DNA of 62,820 nt, filler included, from Chrysochromulina tobinii (GCA_001275005.1; 7 parts of 7 records of this genome joined end to end with filler, not necessarily neighbours in it); one strand, 5' to 3'. Positions 46,315-60,032 are shown, numbered from the whole stretch's first letter. Numbers and translations are program-made. The notes: a model not told the origin generated them from the letters alone.

Positions 46315-48521
46315 ATGATCACAGTCTTCAGTACAGAACACTTCTCGGCACCGGCTGTCCTGGATGCCACGGGCACCGAAGCCATGCTGGAGTGGACGGA
46401 ACTGCTGGCCGCTTTCCGGCACAAACAGCTGCATGGCGGACCATTGATCGATGCGAAGCGCCTCAAACGAGCACTCTCTGGCAATGGCGTGCCGGCCTCA
46501 CTTCGAGCCGAGGTCTGGCTCACATTCTCAGGCGCGTCCGAACGCATGCACGCAAATCCGGGTCTTTACGAGGAACTCTCCAAAGGGGTGGAAGGAGACA
46601 CACAATGCACGAGTACCACGGACTCTGCTGGCCACGGGCACGCCAACCAACACGCTCATCTTGTAGTGCTCGAGCAGATCGAGAAGGATCTGCGGCGCAC
46701 GGAGATTGGTTCTGATGGCGGGAAGCTCTGCGCGATGCGCCGTGTCCTGTGCGCCTTTGCTTCCCACAAACCAAGCATTGGTTACGTGCAGGGCATGAAC
46801 TTCATCGTTGTCGCCCTGTTGGGTGTCTTCGATGAGGCCGCAACCTTTTGGATGCTGTCGCTCATTGTAGATGCGTGGCTCCCGGATCACTTTTCGGCGT
46901 CCCTGATGGGGAGTCAAATCGACGCACGAGTGCTTTCCATCCTAACGGCGGAGCACCTGCCTGCGCTCGCCAAGCGTCTGCACGACCTAGATGTGACAGT
47001 ACAGGTGCGCAAGCTTCACTTTGGTCCGGCAGGATCTGCATGGCATGACCGCGCACAGCTCGCGGGCCGCCATGCTCCCCATCGCCGCCGCCGTGCTCCC
47101 ATCGCTGCCGCACGCTGAGCGCTGACCCATGCTCTCACACGTTGTGTACTGATTCCCGGGGCCACCCAAAGTTGCTCACCACACGCTGGTTTCTATGCCT
47201 ATGGTCATCTGTACTCTGCACGCCTTCTTTGCATCGACTGTGGGATTTCCTGTTCGTGAACGGCCCGGCCGCGACAATGCAAGTCGCGCTCGCGTGCATG
47301 TATCTCTGCGAGCCACGCGTCCTCGAGACGCGCGACATCGGCGAGGCACTGGCTGCCGTCAAGGACGTGCTGCAAGATGATGGTGGAAGGCTCCTTGACG
47401 CGGCACTTCATCGAGTTTCGGACATATCCATCGAGCAGCTCGCCGTGTGGCGCGCCCGCTGCCGCGACATCGTCGTGAGCGAGGCGCACCATCTCCACTC
47501 GTCAAGGCAGCTACTCAAAATGCAGCGAGCCTCGGGCTTCTCTCTGCAAGAGCTCCAGTTGGTGGCACGTCTTTGCGGCCCGCCCGATAGTGACGCTGCG
47601 CACATGCAGGCACCGCACGCGCGAGCCATCGATTACGACGGTTTTACTGTCGTGCTACGTGGGCTCATACCACAGTGGACGAATCTTGCGCCTCGGCGCG
47701 AACTTGTTGTGTCTGGCACCGGGAAACACAGGCGCGCAGGCGTGGGCGTGGGTGAACGCGTCGGTGCAGATGCCGATTCGTGTGTGTGCCAAGCCCCCAA
47801 GCTGGGGCCGACTGCCGGGGAGCCATCACTAGTCGAGCGCCTCTACACCATATTCCTCGGCCTACCGACTGACGATCGCGCGGAGACAGACTGTTTCGAT
47901 CAAGACTGTGTTGATGAGCTTGACACCCTTCCTGCTGGCGGTGCTCAGACGTCACCGCTGCCGGATGTGCTGTCCACAGCGGCAAGATCGCGCCTAACGT
48001 TCGAGCAGCTTGTGCTCGGACTTGGGTGGCTGCTACGCGGGACAAGCGAGCGCCGTGCAGAACTGTGCTTCAAGTGCTTCGCTGACGGCAGTGGCGGTCC
48101 TTCCACAGATGGTGAATGCAGCGGTGATGGCCCTGGAGAAGTCGGTGGCGTTGGTGGCGGCGTGCAACGCGCTAACTTCGTTTCTCTCCTTACCTCCGTA
48201 TATGTCATGTATGAGCCCACTGGATCCGATTACGAGTCTGCGCTTGCCCGCGTCCGCGACGAGGCCGAGCGATTTACTTCGATGATGTATGGCCTATGGG
48301 ATCCCGAGTGTTCATCTGTCCTTGACGAAGCTGCATTCGATCGTGCAGCGCACCATCACCCGCTGCTCGTGCAAGCCTTCCAGCTGGAGCAGCTGGAGCT
48401 GAATGCTACTCTGCGACAAGACCGTGAGGCATGCAACCCGATCGGCTCTGCCAGGCTTCGTGTCAAGAATGGATCGCCGCGCTTGAATGCAATGCCAAGA
48501 TTGATCTCCGATCACTTTTGA
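46315..48521 (+). CDS. TBC-domain Rab GTPase-activating protein with C-terminal EF-hand-like region; intron 47005-47171; start uncertain
   Basis: GVPASLRAEVW, R-finger IEKDLRRT, Q-finger GYVQGMNFI; spliced join DVTVQ|LLTTRWFLCL; LHRLWDFLF. Confidence 0.87.
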
Positions 48522-49536
48522 GCGCGAGCTGCGACCGCGTCGCATATGATATGATATAGAACTCGATGGTCCCCATCGGGTCTCGACAGAACGATGTGTT
48601 CCACTGCATTCCTCCAGCCCTTTCCCAGACGGGCAAATCGCGGGAGGGGCGCTCCCCGTGCAGAAACAGTGTCGTTCGCTTTTCTACGTCGAACTCTTGG
48701 AGAGCCAGTAGATGTTGGAGAGCCAGTAGATGACATGCTGTTGTACGTTAAGTGTAGCTGGTTTCCACTGCCACTGCATTCCCAGACGTGTTGCATGCCG
48801 GGGTGAAACCAAGCGCGTCGCTTTCCGACAAATGAGTGAATGCGGGTCGTTAGTAAAGCCTACACACGTTACGCTGATGCGTGCACCTCCGGCCCATGCA
48901 AGCATGTACGAGGTCGGTACCGAATACTCACCGGTCCCATAAACGCCCACGGCGGCGCCCTCACGGCTGCGGCGCGCGGCCCGCGATCCTCGCAGCATCT
49001 TGGTTGGTGAGTGGTGATGGCCAATGTCGAGACGAGACACAATGAATATACATTCTTAGGAAGCGGGTACAGCATACGAACACATCTTCTAACATCTTCT
49101 ATGAGCAGCGGCTCGACTACGAGTCTATTTTATGGAGATCTGGGCGCGCGATGGCAGCACCAAAACAGTGACCACCCACACACGCTATTGTGCATGCGCT
49201 TCGAAACGAGGCTCCTATCGGCGGTCAAAAGCTTGCGCCACCGGTTGAATAAGGTGCGGCAGCTCCTTGTCCACACTGATTGACACAGTCCAGCCGTCGC
49301 CGGCCGCAGGCCGTGGCTGGCACGTGCTGCACACCACCACCACCACATGCGGTGCCATTTCTGTTCACGAAGCGACCTACTTGAACGAGGTCCAGAAAGC
49401 ACCCATACAAGTGTGTTTTGCACCTGCCTCGATTTTGTCGCTTCGGGACGGGTTGGGAATGTAGGGGGGGTCTTCTCGACTTATCTGAATCGCCGAGATC
49501 GCGAGCGGCAGAATTCACACCTCATCTTGACATAAC

Positions 49537-52500
49537 CTACTGCTGGTGTTGCTGCTGCTGCTGCTGCATGGCCAGGGACAGACGAAGCCGTTGGAGCACA
49601 TCTTGCCCATGCTCTATCCACTCATCAAGTGCGTGTAGTTGCCTAAGCTCTGGCGCCTCTGTCTTCAGTGGGCCAAAGAGATGAAGCCCAGCCATCTCGG
49701 CAAGGGCGAGCTCGGACTTGCGCATCTCAGCAGCCTGCTCATGACGCATTTGTAAGGTGAGCCCAAGCTGGGAGGCAATCGCGTCGGACAATTTCACTTG
49801 CACCAACTGCGCTGGGCCCTCTGGGACGCATCGAGTCGTCCGTGAGCCCACAGGTGCCGTGCCGCGATGCGGGGTAGACTCATTCGCTGATGGCGGCCGA
49901 GTCACTGTCCGCGGTCTTTGCGTGAGCCACTTTAGCTGGTCGCGCTTTCGGTGTTGGTCGAGCTTCCAAAGACATCGAAGTAGCAAGTCCTGTGGCAGCT
50001 TTCGGAGACGAATGCGATTAACGACACGACCAGCGTTCATCACGAACTGAAGTGTTGCGAGCGTGCCAAAGACCTCCTCATCTGCGTCTCCGCATCCGCC
50101 AAGGACGACCGTGCAAAAGTCGCCCACGAATAATTCACGTAGCAAACATGCAAGCGTTGCCTCGCTCCATGGCACTCCCTGCGTGGCTCCTTCAGCCCTC
50201 GCGGCAACGCACGCGCCCAGCACAGCAAGCGAGCGAGAAACCGAGCGTGGGCTCTTTGGAGTAGCCGATGCACACATTTGGCGGCCAAGAGTGTCGCCAC
50301 TCGCGATGTCAACGAGCACGAGCCGCGCGGGCCGAGCTGGTGGCTGCTGCGCAACGTTGGCAAGGCTGCTGCCACTGGCACTTACAGTCAGGGTCAGGAT
50401 AGTGTGCGTTTGTGAATCGAGCGTGCCGCGGCTGGTCGCGCGAAAAGCAACACGCAACATGTTCGCGGCCTCCTCCAGTGAACGGATGCAACGCTGTGCC
50501 GCCCCTTTCAAGTGCGCGATGCCGCGTTCCTCGTCATCGCTTACTAGCACGGCAGCTCCACTGCGCAGCAGGTCGAAGCACTCATCACCGTAAATCTCGA
50601 TGAAGGAGGCGTGCACCTGCACGTCCTGTGCCTGAGCTTGCGCTGTGCTCGCAGTGCATGGCGCGGGTGACGGCACACAAGACGTCGCCGTGCCACCCTG
50701 CAAGCAGGCTTCAAACGCGCGCATCGCCATGCCCCACTCAGTACGCGGCGCTCCGAGAGGATCAGATCTCGCCGCTTCAGTGCCGTACAGCGTGTACGTT
50801 TTGCCCGTCCCTGCTGCGCCGATGCATAGCAGTGCACAGTCGAGGCCGTCGAGTATGCCCCCTACGAGCGGTTCGAGCACGCGAGAGTACACGCGTTGTT
50901 GACAGGCGTTGACCTCGAATACCTCGCTTAGCTCGACGCGGATCGTCTGCGGGGCGATCCCCTTGGAAATGGGTTGTGGAGACGTGGAGATCGGCCTTAT
51001 ATCGGCGTGATTCCCTTCCCACGCGATTCGTCTGCTACGCCTAGGCCGGACTTCAAATGACGTTCGCGGGCGAAGACGTACGAACGTACGCACGCGCCAC
51101 TGTTCCGGGCGCGCCGCATCTATCCAAGCCGTTTGGCGTGCGGCTACAGTGGCCGCGGAGATCGCCCGAGCAGTGCGGTCCACGATATCATCAACGGAGC
51201 GTCCAATGTGCGTCAGTGCGTCGAGTAAACTGCTGATGCAAACGGCCACCTCAAGATCAAGGCTGCCCGCCTTGGTGGCTCCGCCCAACGGTGGCTCGAC
51301 CCTGACTCGCTGCAGCACAAGAATCAGCCGCGACGTTGCGCTGACAAGATGGGATCTCTCGAGAGCCCACGAAACTTCGCAGGGCATGGACTCCGCAGCC
51401 AGAAGTGTGGCCTGCAGAAGTCGGAGGAGCTGGGCCTGCCCGGCTGCGCTTGCCAGAACTTCCGCAAGAGCAGGAGGCGTCAAGGGCACTGGAAGGCCCA
51501 TCCGCGTGCGAGCAAATTCATGCACGATCTCAAGCGCCTTGACGAGCTCGCCGGACTCAAGCGCCGCCACCGGAAAATGCACAGGGCGGGACTCTTGCAG
51601 GTGCGCTTTCGGCACAGCTCCGTGCTCACTCGCTGCAGTCGATGATTTGCGCAACGTTCCTTCCATGTGCACGTCTGGCAGCTGCAAAACGGGCAGGCCG
51701 ATGAGGCGGCTTAACCGCTGTCGGGACGAGCCAAGGAGTGTAGCCGCCGCCACCGCAGCAGGGACGACGGCTGAATCGCCACTGCCAGTGCTGGGAGTCT
51801 CATCGGCTGCAACTTCAAAGGTGACCTCGATGCACGCGCCGTCATAGGGCTCGCACGCGCCATGTATCGGCGGTTTGTGGGCTGGAACTCTTGAGCGGAC
51901 GAGGCGGGCTGCGCGTAGCTCGAGGCGTTCGGTTGACACGGCCATCTCGTCAGCCAACGCCGCACACATTACCCCACCGCCAACGCGCTGGAGGTCAGCA
52001 AACGTGCACTGCAGATGCAGGCTGATGAGGACAGGCTCGCCAGGGAATGGTTTGTCAACCGACCGCGCATTAAACATCCGGGTCACGACGGGAAGCAGCA
52101 GCGATTTTGTTGCATCGCACCGCCGCTGTTGGGCGTCAAAGCTCCCCGAAGCTGTGCACGGCGCGACCTTAGCACCCGAGTGCAGAAGGTCAAGCTTTGC
52201 AAAGAAGCCGCTCACTTCGTCGTGTATGATCACCACACCATCCGCAATGCGCACCGCTTCAGGGGCTGCCGGCAACGCTCGGCGGCGGCCAGCTTCGAGA
52301 GAGCGGGTGGCCAGTTCGCGTAATTCTGCAGTCGCCACAGTCAATGATGTATTGGGGGTTGGTGACCATGTCGAGAGCTGCGCTATGACGGGAATGCGAA
52401 AGTGTCGTGCGGCATGCTTAAGGTCGGAACGCGGTGCATACAGGCCGCTAGATATGTGCCGGAGAGCGATGAGAATGAGCTCCGGCCTGCTCACAGAGCC

Positions 52501-54973
52501 TGGATGACTTGCCACCGCTGAGCATTCCTGCCAGACAAAAACGGGTGTCAAACCAGCGCCGATACTGCAGTGTGCGAAGCCCGCGTAGTCGATGCGATGG
52601 CCCTCGAGGAAAGCCTCGACGTCCAAGGCCACTGGGGAGCGTCCGGCTCTTGTGGCGGCATGGAGTCGGCCATCGAGTTCCCAGAGGTGCACCACCTCGC
52701 CTTGCAGAGGTCCCAGTAGCAGCAAGGGCCGATCCGCGTGCAGAAGTGCGCTCTCCTCAACTGGTGCCATCTCGGGCCACTCACCAAGTGCCCAGAAGTG
52801 GTGCAGCGGGCGGGAGAGAACAGCGCGACTTTCGCGATCGATAATCAAACCGCGCATCTCTTGGCGGAGCATCGCACTGCGGCGGCCACTGACCGATTCG
52901 AGTTGATGCTCGAGAACACGCACCGGCCTGCATGCCTCGGGAGGCGCATCAAATACGAGAATGTTCCGCGAGGTGCTGCTCTGACCCGATAGCTCGGAAC
53001 CCATGCTCAGCTCGTGCACGTGCAAGCCACTAAGGCTCGCAGCTTCCATGTGCAACTCGCGCAGCTCGGAGCAGGATAAAAATAATCCGAATTCGCAGAA
53101 GCCAAAGCGACTTGCACTCGAGGGCACTCTGGCGTTGCGTGACAAGTCGATCGCGATCCGTGTGAGCTCGGATGGTCCAAACATACTAGTATCCTCGCAA
53201 TCCTGCGCAGCCTCTCGAAGCGAATCCTCATAGGACCGAGTACCGATCGCCGACGACGGCTGCTTAGGGGGGCGTTCCTCAAAGATGCCACCGCGCGCAC
53301 GTGCATAAACCTTGCTTTCGGTTTGGCTGCTGTCAAGGAGCCCGCTCTGCTCGCCAACGCGGCATGCGGCAGCCGCTGCAGTCACCGAGCAAGAGCCCTC
53401 CTGCATCTGGTCCGACTCGCTCAATGTCATGTCGGATGCACGCGTCTGTGGGGCCTGCTCTACGCGCACCCGACATCCGTCAACCGCAACGGATGCCAGA
53501 CTCCGACGATCGCACGACAGGCGGTCAGCCATACCTGTGGGTCCAGCCCGAGTTTTCGCCTCGATCAGCCTTTGGTCCCGCACCAACGCCCGCAGCTTGC
53601 GTCGCACCTCAGCTCCATCAACAACGCGATATAATTGCCGTCGATTTAGAGTGCGGCGAAGCCACCTCTGCAGGCGGCGAACGGCTTCGGCTTGCTGCCG
53701 CCGATTGCCGTTGATGCGCAAATCATCGATACGCGATTTCCAACGACGCTGTAAAGTGATGCTGCGCCACCAGCGAATCAATCTGTGGCCGGCTGTGTAT
53801 TCGTTACTCAAAGGATGCCGATCCAGCGGCACACCAGCCGCCTCGTTGTCTTGAATGCTATGTGAGCCTTCCGACGCCACCATGGCGACTCTCGTCCACC
53901 TGACTGTTGATGAGTGGACAGCAGATTCGTGCTGTCTCGCCACCATCGCACAATGCCGAAGCTCCTCCTTCCGTCGGCGACCCTGCCGTCCGCGCGCGCA
54001 GCTCTGAAGCCGCAAGACGGCCCCGCGCTCTCGCTCCGAAAACACAGTGATGAGACGCATATTGGCAATCATAATTTGCCATCGTCGCATTAAAAACCGG
54101 GCTCTGCACCAACGTTGAAGCTTAGTCGCTGCCATCGCCCGATTGAGTGTCTGAAATGCCCCGGAATCGGAGACGAGCTGGCGCCACGAGCCTCGGAGCT
54201 TCTGCTGATGTAGTGATCGCTGGGTGAGCACTGCAGCCTCTGTCTGGGCCAACAAATGGCCGGATGCCGCGCGGAAGCGCCGAAGCACCGCCTCACGCCG
54301 CCCCATAAGCTGTGCGTAGGCCGAGAGCTGTTGCAGAAGCTCCGTCCACTTGCGGCGCACGCGAAGGTGGCGGACGAAGCGCTGAATGCGAATGATGCAC
54401 ACGAATCGGTGTCGAAAGCGATCGCGCAGCTGCTTTCCGCGGTACCATGCCTGCAACTTATGCGCAGCAGCTTCGTGCCGGCGCTGGAGGCGCTCACGTT
54501 GCGCGCGCAGCATCTGGTCGCGACGGGCGACCAAATCCAGGTACGCACGCTCGCCACCTTGCCGCCGCGCGCGCGCGACCCACCGGCCAATGCTGCCCCG
54601 GTAGCGCTTCTGAATCGCGACGGCTGCCGCACCACGACGCACCGCCTCGAAGATTCGCTGCTGCCGCATCAGTACGTGCAGCTTGCGACGCGCTCTGGCC
54701 TCGTCGACCACGCGGTGCCACTGTCGGCGCATCGAACTCACGCGAGCCCAGTGCTGCAGCCGGTACACTGCGTCTTCCCGCCGCTGGCGCTCAAGAAGCA
54801 GCGCATTTGCGCGCACCTCCTCAACCAGCTCGAGCGATCGCCTCCGGACATCAGTTGTGGGAGATGTCGTGCCTGATCGGTGCGAATCATAACCTGCTGG
54901 ATGTACTACAGAGCTTCCCTCCATTGTTTCTTCACTTTGACGTTGGGGTGCAGGGTTGTGTCGTTCCAACTCG

Positions 54974-55065
<92 letters not shown>

Positions 55066-55596
55066 GTGCGAAGCCAGCTGTTGCTCGTGCACTGTCGTTT
55101 GAAGCATGCATTCCGTCTGCGGCCCAATGGCCACGTGGGATACAATTTGGCGCAGTGCGAGCTCTTCTGCTGCCTTGCCCGGCTCGATCTTCTGTAGCAC
55201 CTTGCCTTGCCAGTCGCGTGCACTCACGAGCTTTGAGGGCTCATGCGCCCCATGGTTGGCATGGCTTCGGGCAGCTACAAGCCGACGAGCTATCGATTGC
55301 AGCGCCATCCCCGCAATCATGTCCGCGCCAGCATGAAGATGCTGTGCCACATGATCAACCTCCTTCCGTGCTGCAATGCAGGTATTCAGATGCCGTGTTC
55401 GAGTGTTAAGTCTTGGCAGCTTCTGACTTGAAAGAGTCGATTTGCTGGCAGCCGTGAAAACCAGTGAGCCAACAATAGCGTTCCTCAGGTCCATTGAGCT
55501 CGATACGTACGGAAGCGCCACGCCGAGCACGATCGTAATGTCACCACCACACTGCGCGGTGCGTAGTGCAGCATAACTCTCCACTGTGATCGTCAT
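49537..55596 (-). CDS. Large protein: polyQ, multiple IQ motifs, T4 Rnl1-like RNA-ligase-like domain, C-terminal divergent kinesin motor
   Basis: IQ motifs (IQKRYRG, LQAWYRG, IQRFVR, LQSCARG); EMRGLII...LSRPLHHFW...TPVFVW...LIALRHISSGLY; kinesin VRTFVRLRP, GAAGTGKTYT, SFIEIYGDECFDLL, LVLVDIASGD, SRSLAVLG. True start uncertain. Confidence 0.75.
54975..55061 (-). repeat. Pure (CAG)n coding microsatellite, about 29 Gln
   Basis: Uninterrupted ctg run on the plus strand. Confidence 0.95.
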
Positions 55597-55906
55597 AACT
55601 GGAGATTTATGGATAACTCATCCATAACTTGGGAAAAATGTAGTTGCCGGAAAACACCGAACATTGAAGAGATTGCTTTTCAACAAAGCATTCCCTTTAC
55701 ACCACCAGAGTCGGCCTCGTGGCTGCACACCTCGAAACGACCTTTCGAGACCACACGCACTCGACGAGCACACTGTGTGCCTATCTGAAGCTCCAGAGAG
55801 CTCAGCAGAGGCACTCAGAGGGCACTCAGAAGCAATCAGAGGCAATCAGAGGTCAATCAGTGGTCAATCAGTGGCAATCAATGACAAACAGTGCGATCGA
55901 GCTGGC

Positions 55907-56440
55907 TCACGACGACGCGGCGGCGAGCTTCTTGGAGATGGTGAGAGAGTTGGGCGGCACCGCATCTAGGAGAGCCCGGAGCTCGGCGAAGTGGATGCGG
56001 GCCACCGGCGTCGAAAGGGCCGCCTTCACCCTCTGAAGGATGCTGTGGTCGACGGACTCCGACGAGCCTGCCGACGCACCGCCGCCGCCGCCGCCGCCAC
56101 GCGCGTGCGTGTCTCGTGCCAAGCTCATTTCCCTTATCCAGTTTGTCGAGGCGGCTCGATCCAGCATGTCCCAGTCCCTGCAGGGCTTGTGTCGAGTGCA
56201 AATTTGCGTTCCCTGATGGGGGCGCGCCTTCGGGCGCGTCTGTGTGAACAGGTTCGACGCCGCCGTCGTCTCCACCGCCGCCGTGCTCGCCATCGTCCCC
56301 CTCTACGCTGCTGCCGCCGCCGCCTCCACCTCTGCCGCCGCTGTCGCCGCCTCCATCACCGCCATCGTCGATCGCCACCTCCACCGCCGCCATTTGAGAT
56401 GCCGACGCACACGTCGACCTCGCCGACGACCTCGCCGGCG
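55907..56440 (-). CDS. 3' coding fragment, possibly the end of the STAG-like gene across the gap
   Basis: Same strand, next to the gap; coding-like segment ILQRVKAALSTPVARIHFAELRALLDAVPP ending at a stop. Confidence 0.35.
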
Positions 56441-56540
56441 NNNNNNNNNNNNNNNNNNNNNNNNNNNNNNNNNNNNNNNNNNNNTTAATTAATTAANNNN
56501 NNNNNNNNNNNNNNNNNNNNNNNNNNNNNNNNNNNNNNNN

Positions 56541-59500
56541 GGCCCTTGGCGAGGCTCTCGAGCCGGTGGAGCATCACGAGCGCCTCCGACACGAGCTCGA
56601 ATCTCTGCGGATCTCCCTGGGCCGAGCTCGGCTTCTTGAGCGCCGTCGTGAGCGGTTTGAGCTGGAGAAGGAGGCGTGCGACGAGCTTGTCGAATGTATG
56701 TTGCACCTTCTCTTGCAGAGCGGGCGCCCCGGGCTGGGCCAGGAGCGCGGACCATGCTTCGCCGCAAGCCTCGAGCGTCGCCCGGTCGGTGTGCCTGATC
56801 AACGAGACATTCACATCAGAATGTAATCAGCCGTCATCATTCGTCATCATTCGTCATCAGGCGTCATCATGCGTCATCAGGCGTCATCAGGTGGTCATCC
56901 GCTGGTTATCTGAGGGCCATCAGAGGCCATCAGAGGCCATCAGCGTACTTGGTCGTCACGTCTTCGAGCTCCGAGAGCATCTTCTCGAACGCCTTGTCCT
57001 TGAGGGTCGCCAGGGCGGACGCGAGGCGCATCTGCTGCACGAGCGCGAGCACGGCGCGCAATGGCCCTGCGTGCGTACCTGTGGGGAGAGGGGGGTGGGC
57101 GCCGTAGTGAGCACTTGCATGCAGAGCACGGCGCGCAACAGCCCTGCAAGCGCACCGAACCGTAGGAGCAGTTGCGCCATCGCCATCGCCAGCTGAGTTG
57201 AGAGAGCCGTCGACGTCTCTTCCACATCCGCGATCGCCTTGCGCTGCTTGCGCTTGCGACTCTTGCGCCCCCGCCCGCCCCCCACGTCGTCCGCGTCGCC
57301 GTCGTCCTCCTCCTCGTCCTCGTCCTCGTCATGCTCGTCGAGCTCCGCGGCAGCGGCGTCGAAGCGGCCGTTCATGTCGATCGCGGCGGCATGCATCAGC
57401 CGAAGGATCACGGGCAGCGTCGCCTCGATGGAGGGGTCGAGATCTTCGTCGTCGGCGGTAAGCACCTGTGGGGAGGGGCGCACTCAGACGGCACATTCTC
57501 AGGGGTCATCAGCTGGCAATCAGGCGTCATCAGCTGGCCATCAGAGGCAGGTGATCGCACCTCAACGTACGCCGCCCAGTTGGTGAGCGCGGGCTCGATG
57601 GGCGCCATCGCGCGCACCAACTGCCCACAGCGCACACCCAGCTCTGCCTCCTCCTTCGCCTCCTTCTTCTCGTCCGCCAGCGCCGGCTCAGCCTCTTCCG
57701 GGACCCAAAAATGGTGCGCCTGCCGATCGGCGAGTAAGAGCGACGCGAGCTGCACTAATGAGGGAGGCAATCAGCGTGCAATCAGAGACCATCAGAGCTA
57801 CCTGCCGATCGGCGAGTAGGAGCGATGCGAGCTGCACGAGAGGGGACTTGGCGAGCCGGGCGACGGAGCCGGCGGCGAGGTGCTGCCGCTGCGCTTTACT
57901 CGGCGAGGTCGGGCCGCCGCCGCCGCCACCACCACCGCCGCCGCCGCCCTCATCGTCGTCCGCTATCGCGCCGCCACCACCTGCCGCTGCCGCGCTGCCG
58001 CTTGCACCGGCCTCGGCGCGGCCCTCGGTTGCCGTGGGCGAGTCGTCCTTGAGGTGGAGTGGGGAGGCGGGAGCGCTGTGGTGAGCACTTGCATGCAAGG
58101 CAGAGCCTCCGCAGGCAATCAACGTACCTTGAGGTGGAGCTGGATGAGGGGTCCGAGGCCCGTCAAGAGCTTCGGCTGTACGTCACGCTGGCACATAAGA
58201 TGCAGCGCCGTGTCGGTCTCGTCACTCGCGTAGTAATACGCTTTCCATAGCGTGCACAGCACCTGCCGAGGGATGGTCATCAGAGGTCATCAGCGGCCAT
58301 CAGCCTCGATCAGCGGCCATCAACGACCATCCACGGCCATCAGCGGCACTCTGGGAGAACGCACCTCCTCCAGCCCGAGTACCTCAACGGCCGGCGCCGC
58401 CGCGAGCATCATTGACAGCAGACGCGCCGCGTACAGCCTGGTCAGCTCCAGACGCAGAGTCGGGTGGATCAACTTAACGGTCGAGCCGAGCCAGCGCACG
58501 GGACGGCGCTCGGCGCCCTTGGGTGCGCCGCGTCCCCGCGCCTCAGCGGCGCTCGGCGCCTCATCGGGCACGGGGGGGAGGGGTGCGCCATTGGCGCCAT
58601 TGGCGTGGCTGGCCGCCGTCATGAGCACCTTGAGCCCCTCTGTAATCAGCCAATGGAGCCTTTCGAGCCATCTCGGCGCCTGATGAAGGAGGTCATCAGG
58701 CGCCATCAGCCGCCATCAGCCGCAACTCACAGACCGTTGGAGGTCGTCAGGCGCAACCAGGCGCACTCATCAGGCGCAATCAAGGCGCACTCCACTCACC
58801 GGCCGTGGTCCGCTCTCGGACCGGCAGAGCTCCGCAATCCTGTCCGATCCCAACGCCGGCGAGTCTGCAACGCTCGGCCCCCGTCCAGCCACGACTATGT
58901 CGAGGTCGCCCGCAGCGTCGGCGTCGGCGTGGGCGCCGTCGAGCGGAGGCGCCAAACGTCTCTCGAGCTCGGGCGCCGTGCTAAGCAGCAGCGCGGCGTA
59001 CTTGTGGAGCGGGATGGCCATCGCACTAAGCATCTCGAGCGCGAGCTGCGCGAGAGAGACTGACGAACCTTCGAGGAGTGCTTGGAGGCTCGGCAGCAGC
59101 TCGCGGCGCAGCCCCACGAGCTCGCGAACCTGATGAAGGAGGCAATCAAGAGGTCATCAGAGTTCATCAGAAGCCATCAGAGGTCATCAGCAGCTCGCGC
59201 ACAGCTGCCTCGTCGTCACCCAGCGCGCCAGCCACCTCCTCTGCCTCCTCCGCCTCCTCCGCCTCATCGTCCTCGTCGTCCTCGTCCCCCGCGGAGCGCC
59301 GTTGCGAGCACGAACTAGCGTTATGCTCCGTCTTCATCTTCTTGGCCGCCGCCTTGCGCGACTCTCCCTTCACGCCGCCACCGTTCGCATCCTTAGTGAC
59401 GACCAACGCCTCGACGCGCAGCACGAGCTGTGCCAACTGCAGCCGCAACAGCGAGCACACGCAGCCAGCCAGCCGGCCCGCGAGCGCCGTCGTGGGCGCA

Positions 59501-59932
59501 TGCGCTTTGAGCTCGGGCTTGCGACGCGCCGTCGTGGGCAACGAGGGGCCCTTGCCGCCACCCCCCTTGCCGCCGCCGCCCTTGCCGCCGCCGCCCTCGT
59601 CGCTGTCTTCCTTGCTGCCACTGCCCTCGCCGCCGCCGCCCTTGCCTCCCTTGGCATCCGCGCTGCTCGATGGCGCTGATCCAGCGCCCCCGAGTGAGTC
59701 CCCCCGAAGGAGGGCCTCACTGTCGTGTTGGTGGCTCATGTACGCGTCCACGGCCCCGAAGAGGTCCTTGGTCTGCAGCATCTGCAACAGAGCAGATGGC
59801 CATCAGTGGCCATCCATGGCAATCAATGGCAATCCATGGCACTCAGCGGCACTCAGCGGCAATCCATCGGCCCTCACCTGCAGCAGCCCACCCAGCAGGC
59901 CCGAGAGGCCAGCTGGCAGCGGCTGCAGTCGG
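56541..59932 (-). CDS. STAG/Scc3-like cohesin subunit (helical repeats), partial. Predicted introns 59782-59877, 59130-59202, 58680-58799, 58263-58364, 58048-58127, 57720-57801, 57466-57560, 57079-57155, 56795-56948
   Basis: Spliced reading LTNWAAYVEVL...ILRLMHAAA...LAMAMAQLLLRFGTHAGPLRAVLALVQQM...FEKMLSELEDVTTKHTDRATLEAC resembles the SA/STAG central region (LPQLLAKY...KHTD..VLEAC). All nine introns are GT-AG. Confidence 0.6.
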
Positions 59933-60032
59933 NNNNNNNNNNNNNNNNNNNNNNNNNNNNNNNNNNNNNNNNNNNNTTAATTAATTAANNNNNNNNNNNN
60001 NNNNNNNNNNNNNNNNNNNNNNNNNNNNNNNN

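Noticed and set aside
45765..46715. 316-aa ORF overlapping the TBC gene start
   Set aside because: Low-complexity and out of frame with the TBC domain; at most it contains an unplaced upstream exon.
48540..49500. Cluster of short ORFs between the TBC and kinesin-fusion genes
   Set aside because: No recognisable motifs or consistent frame.
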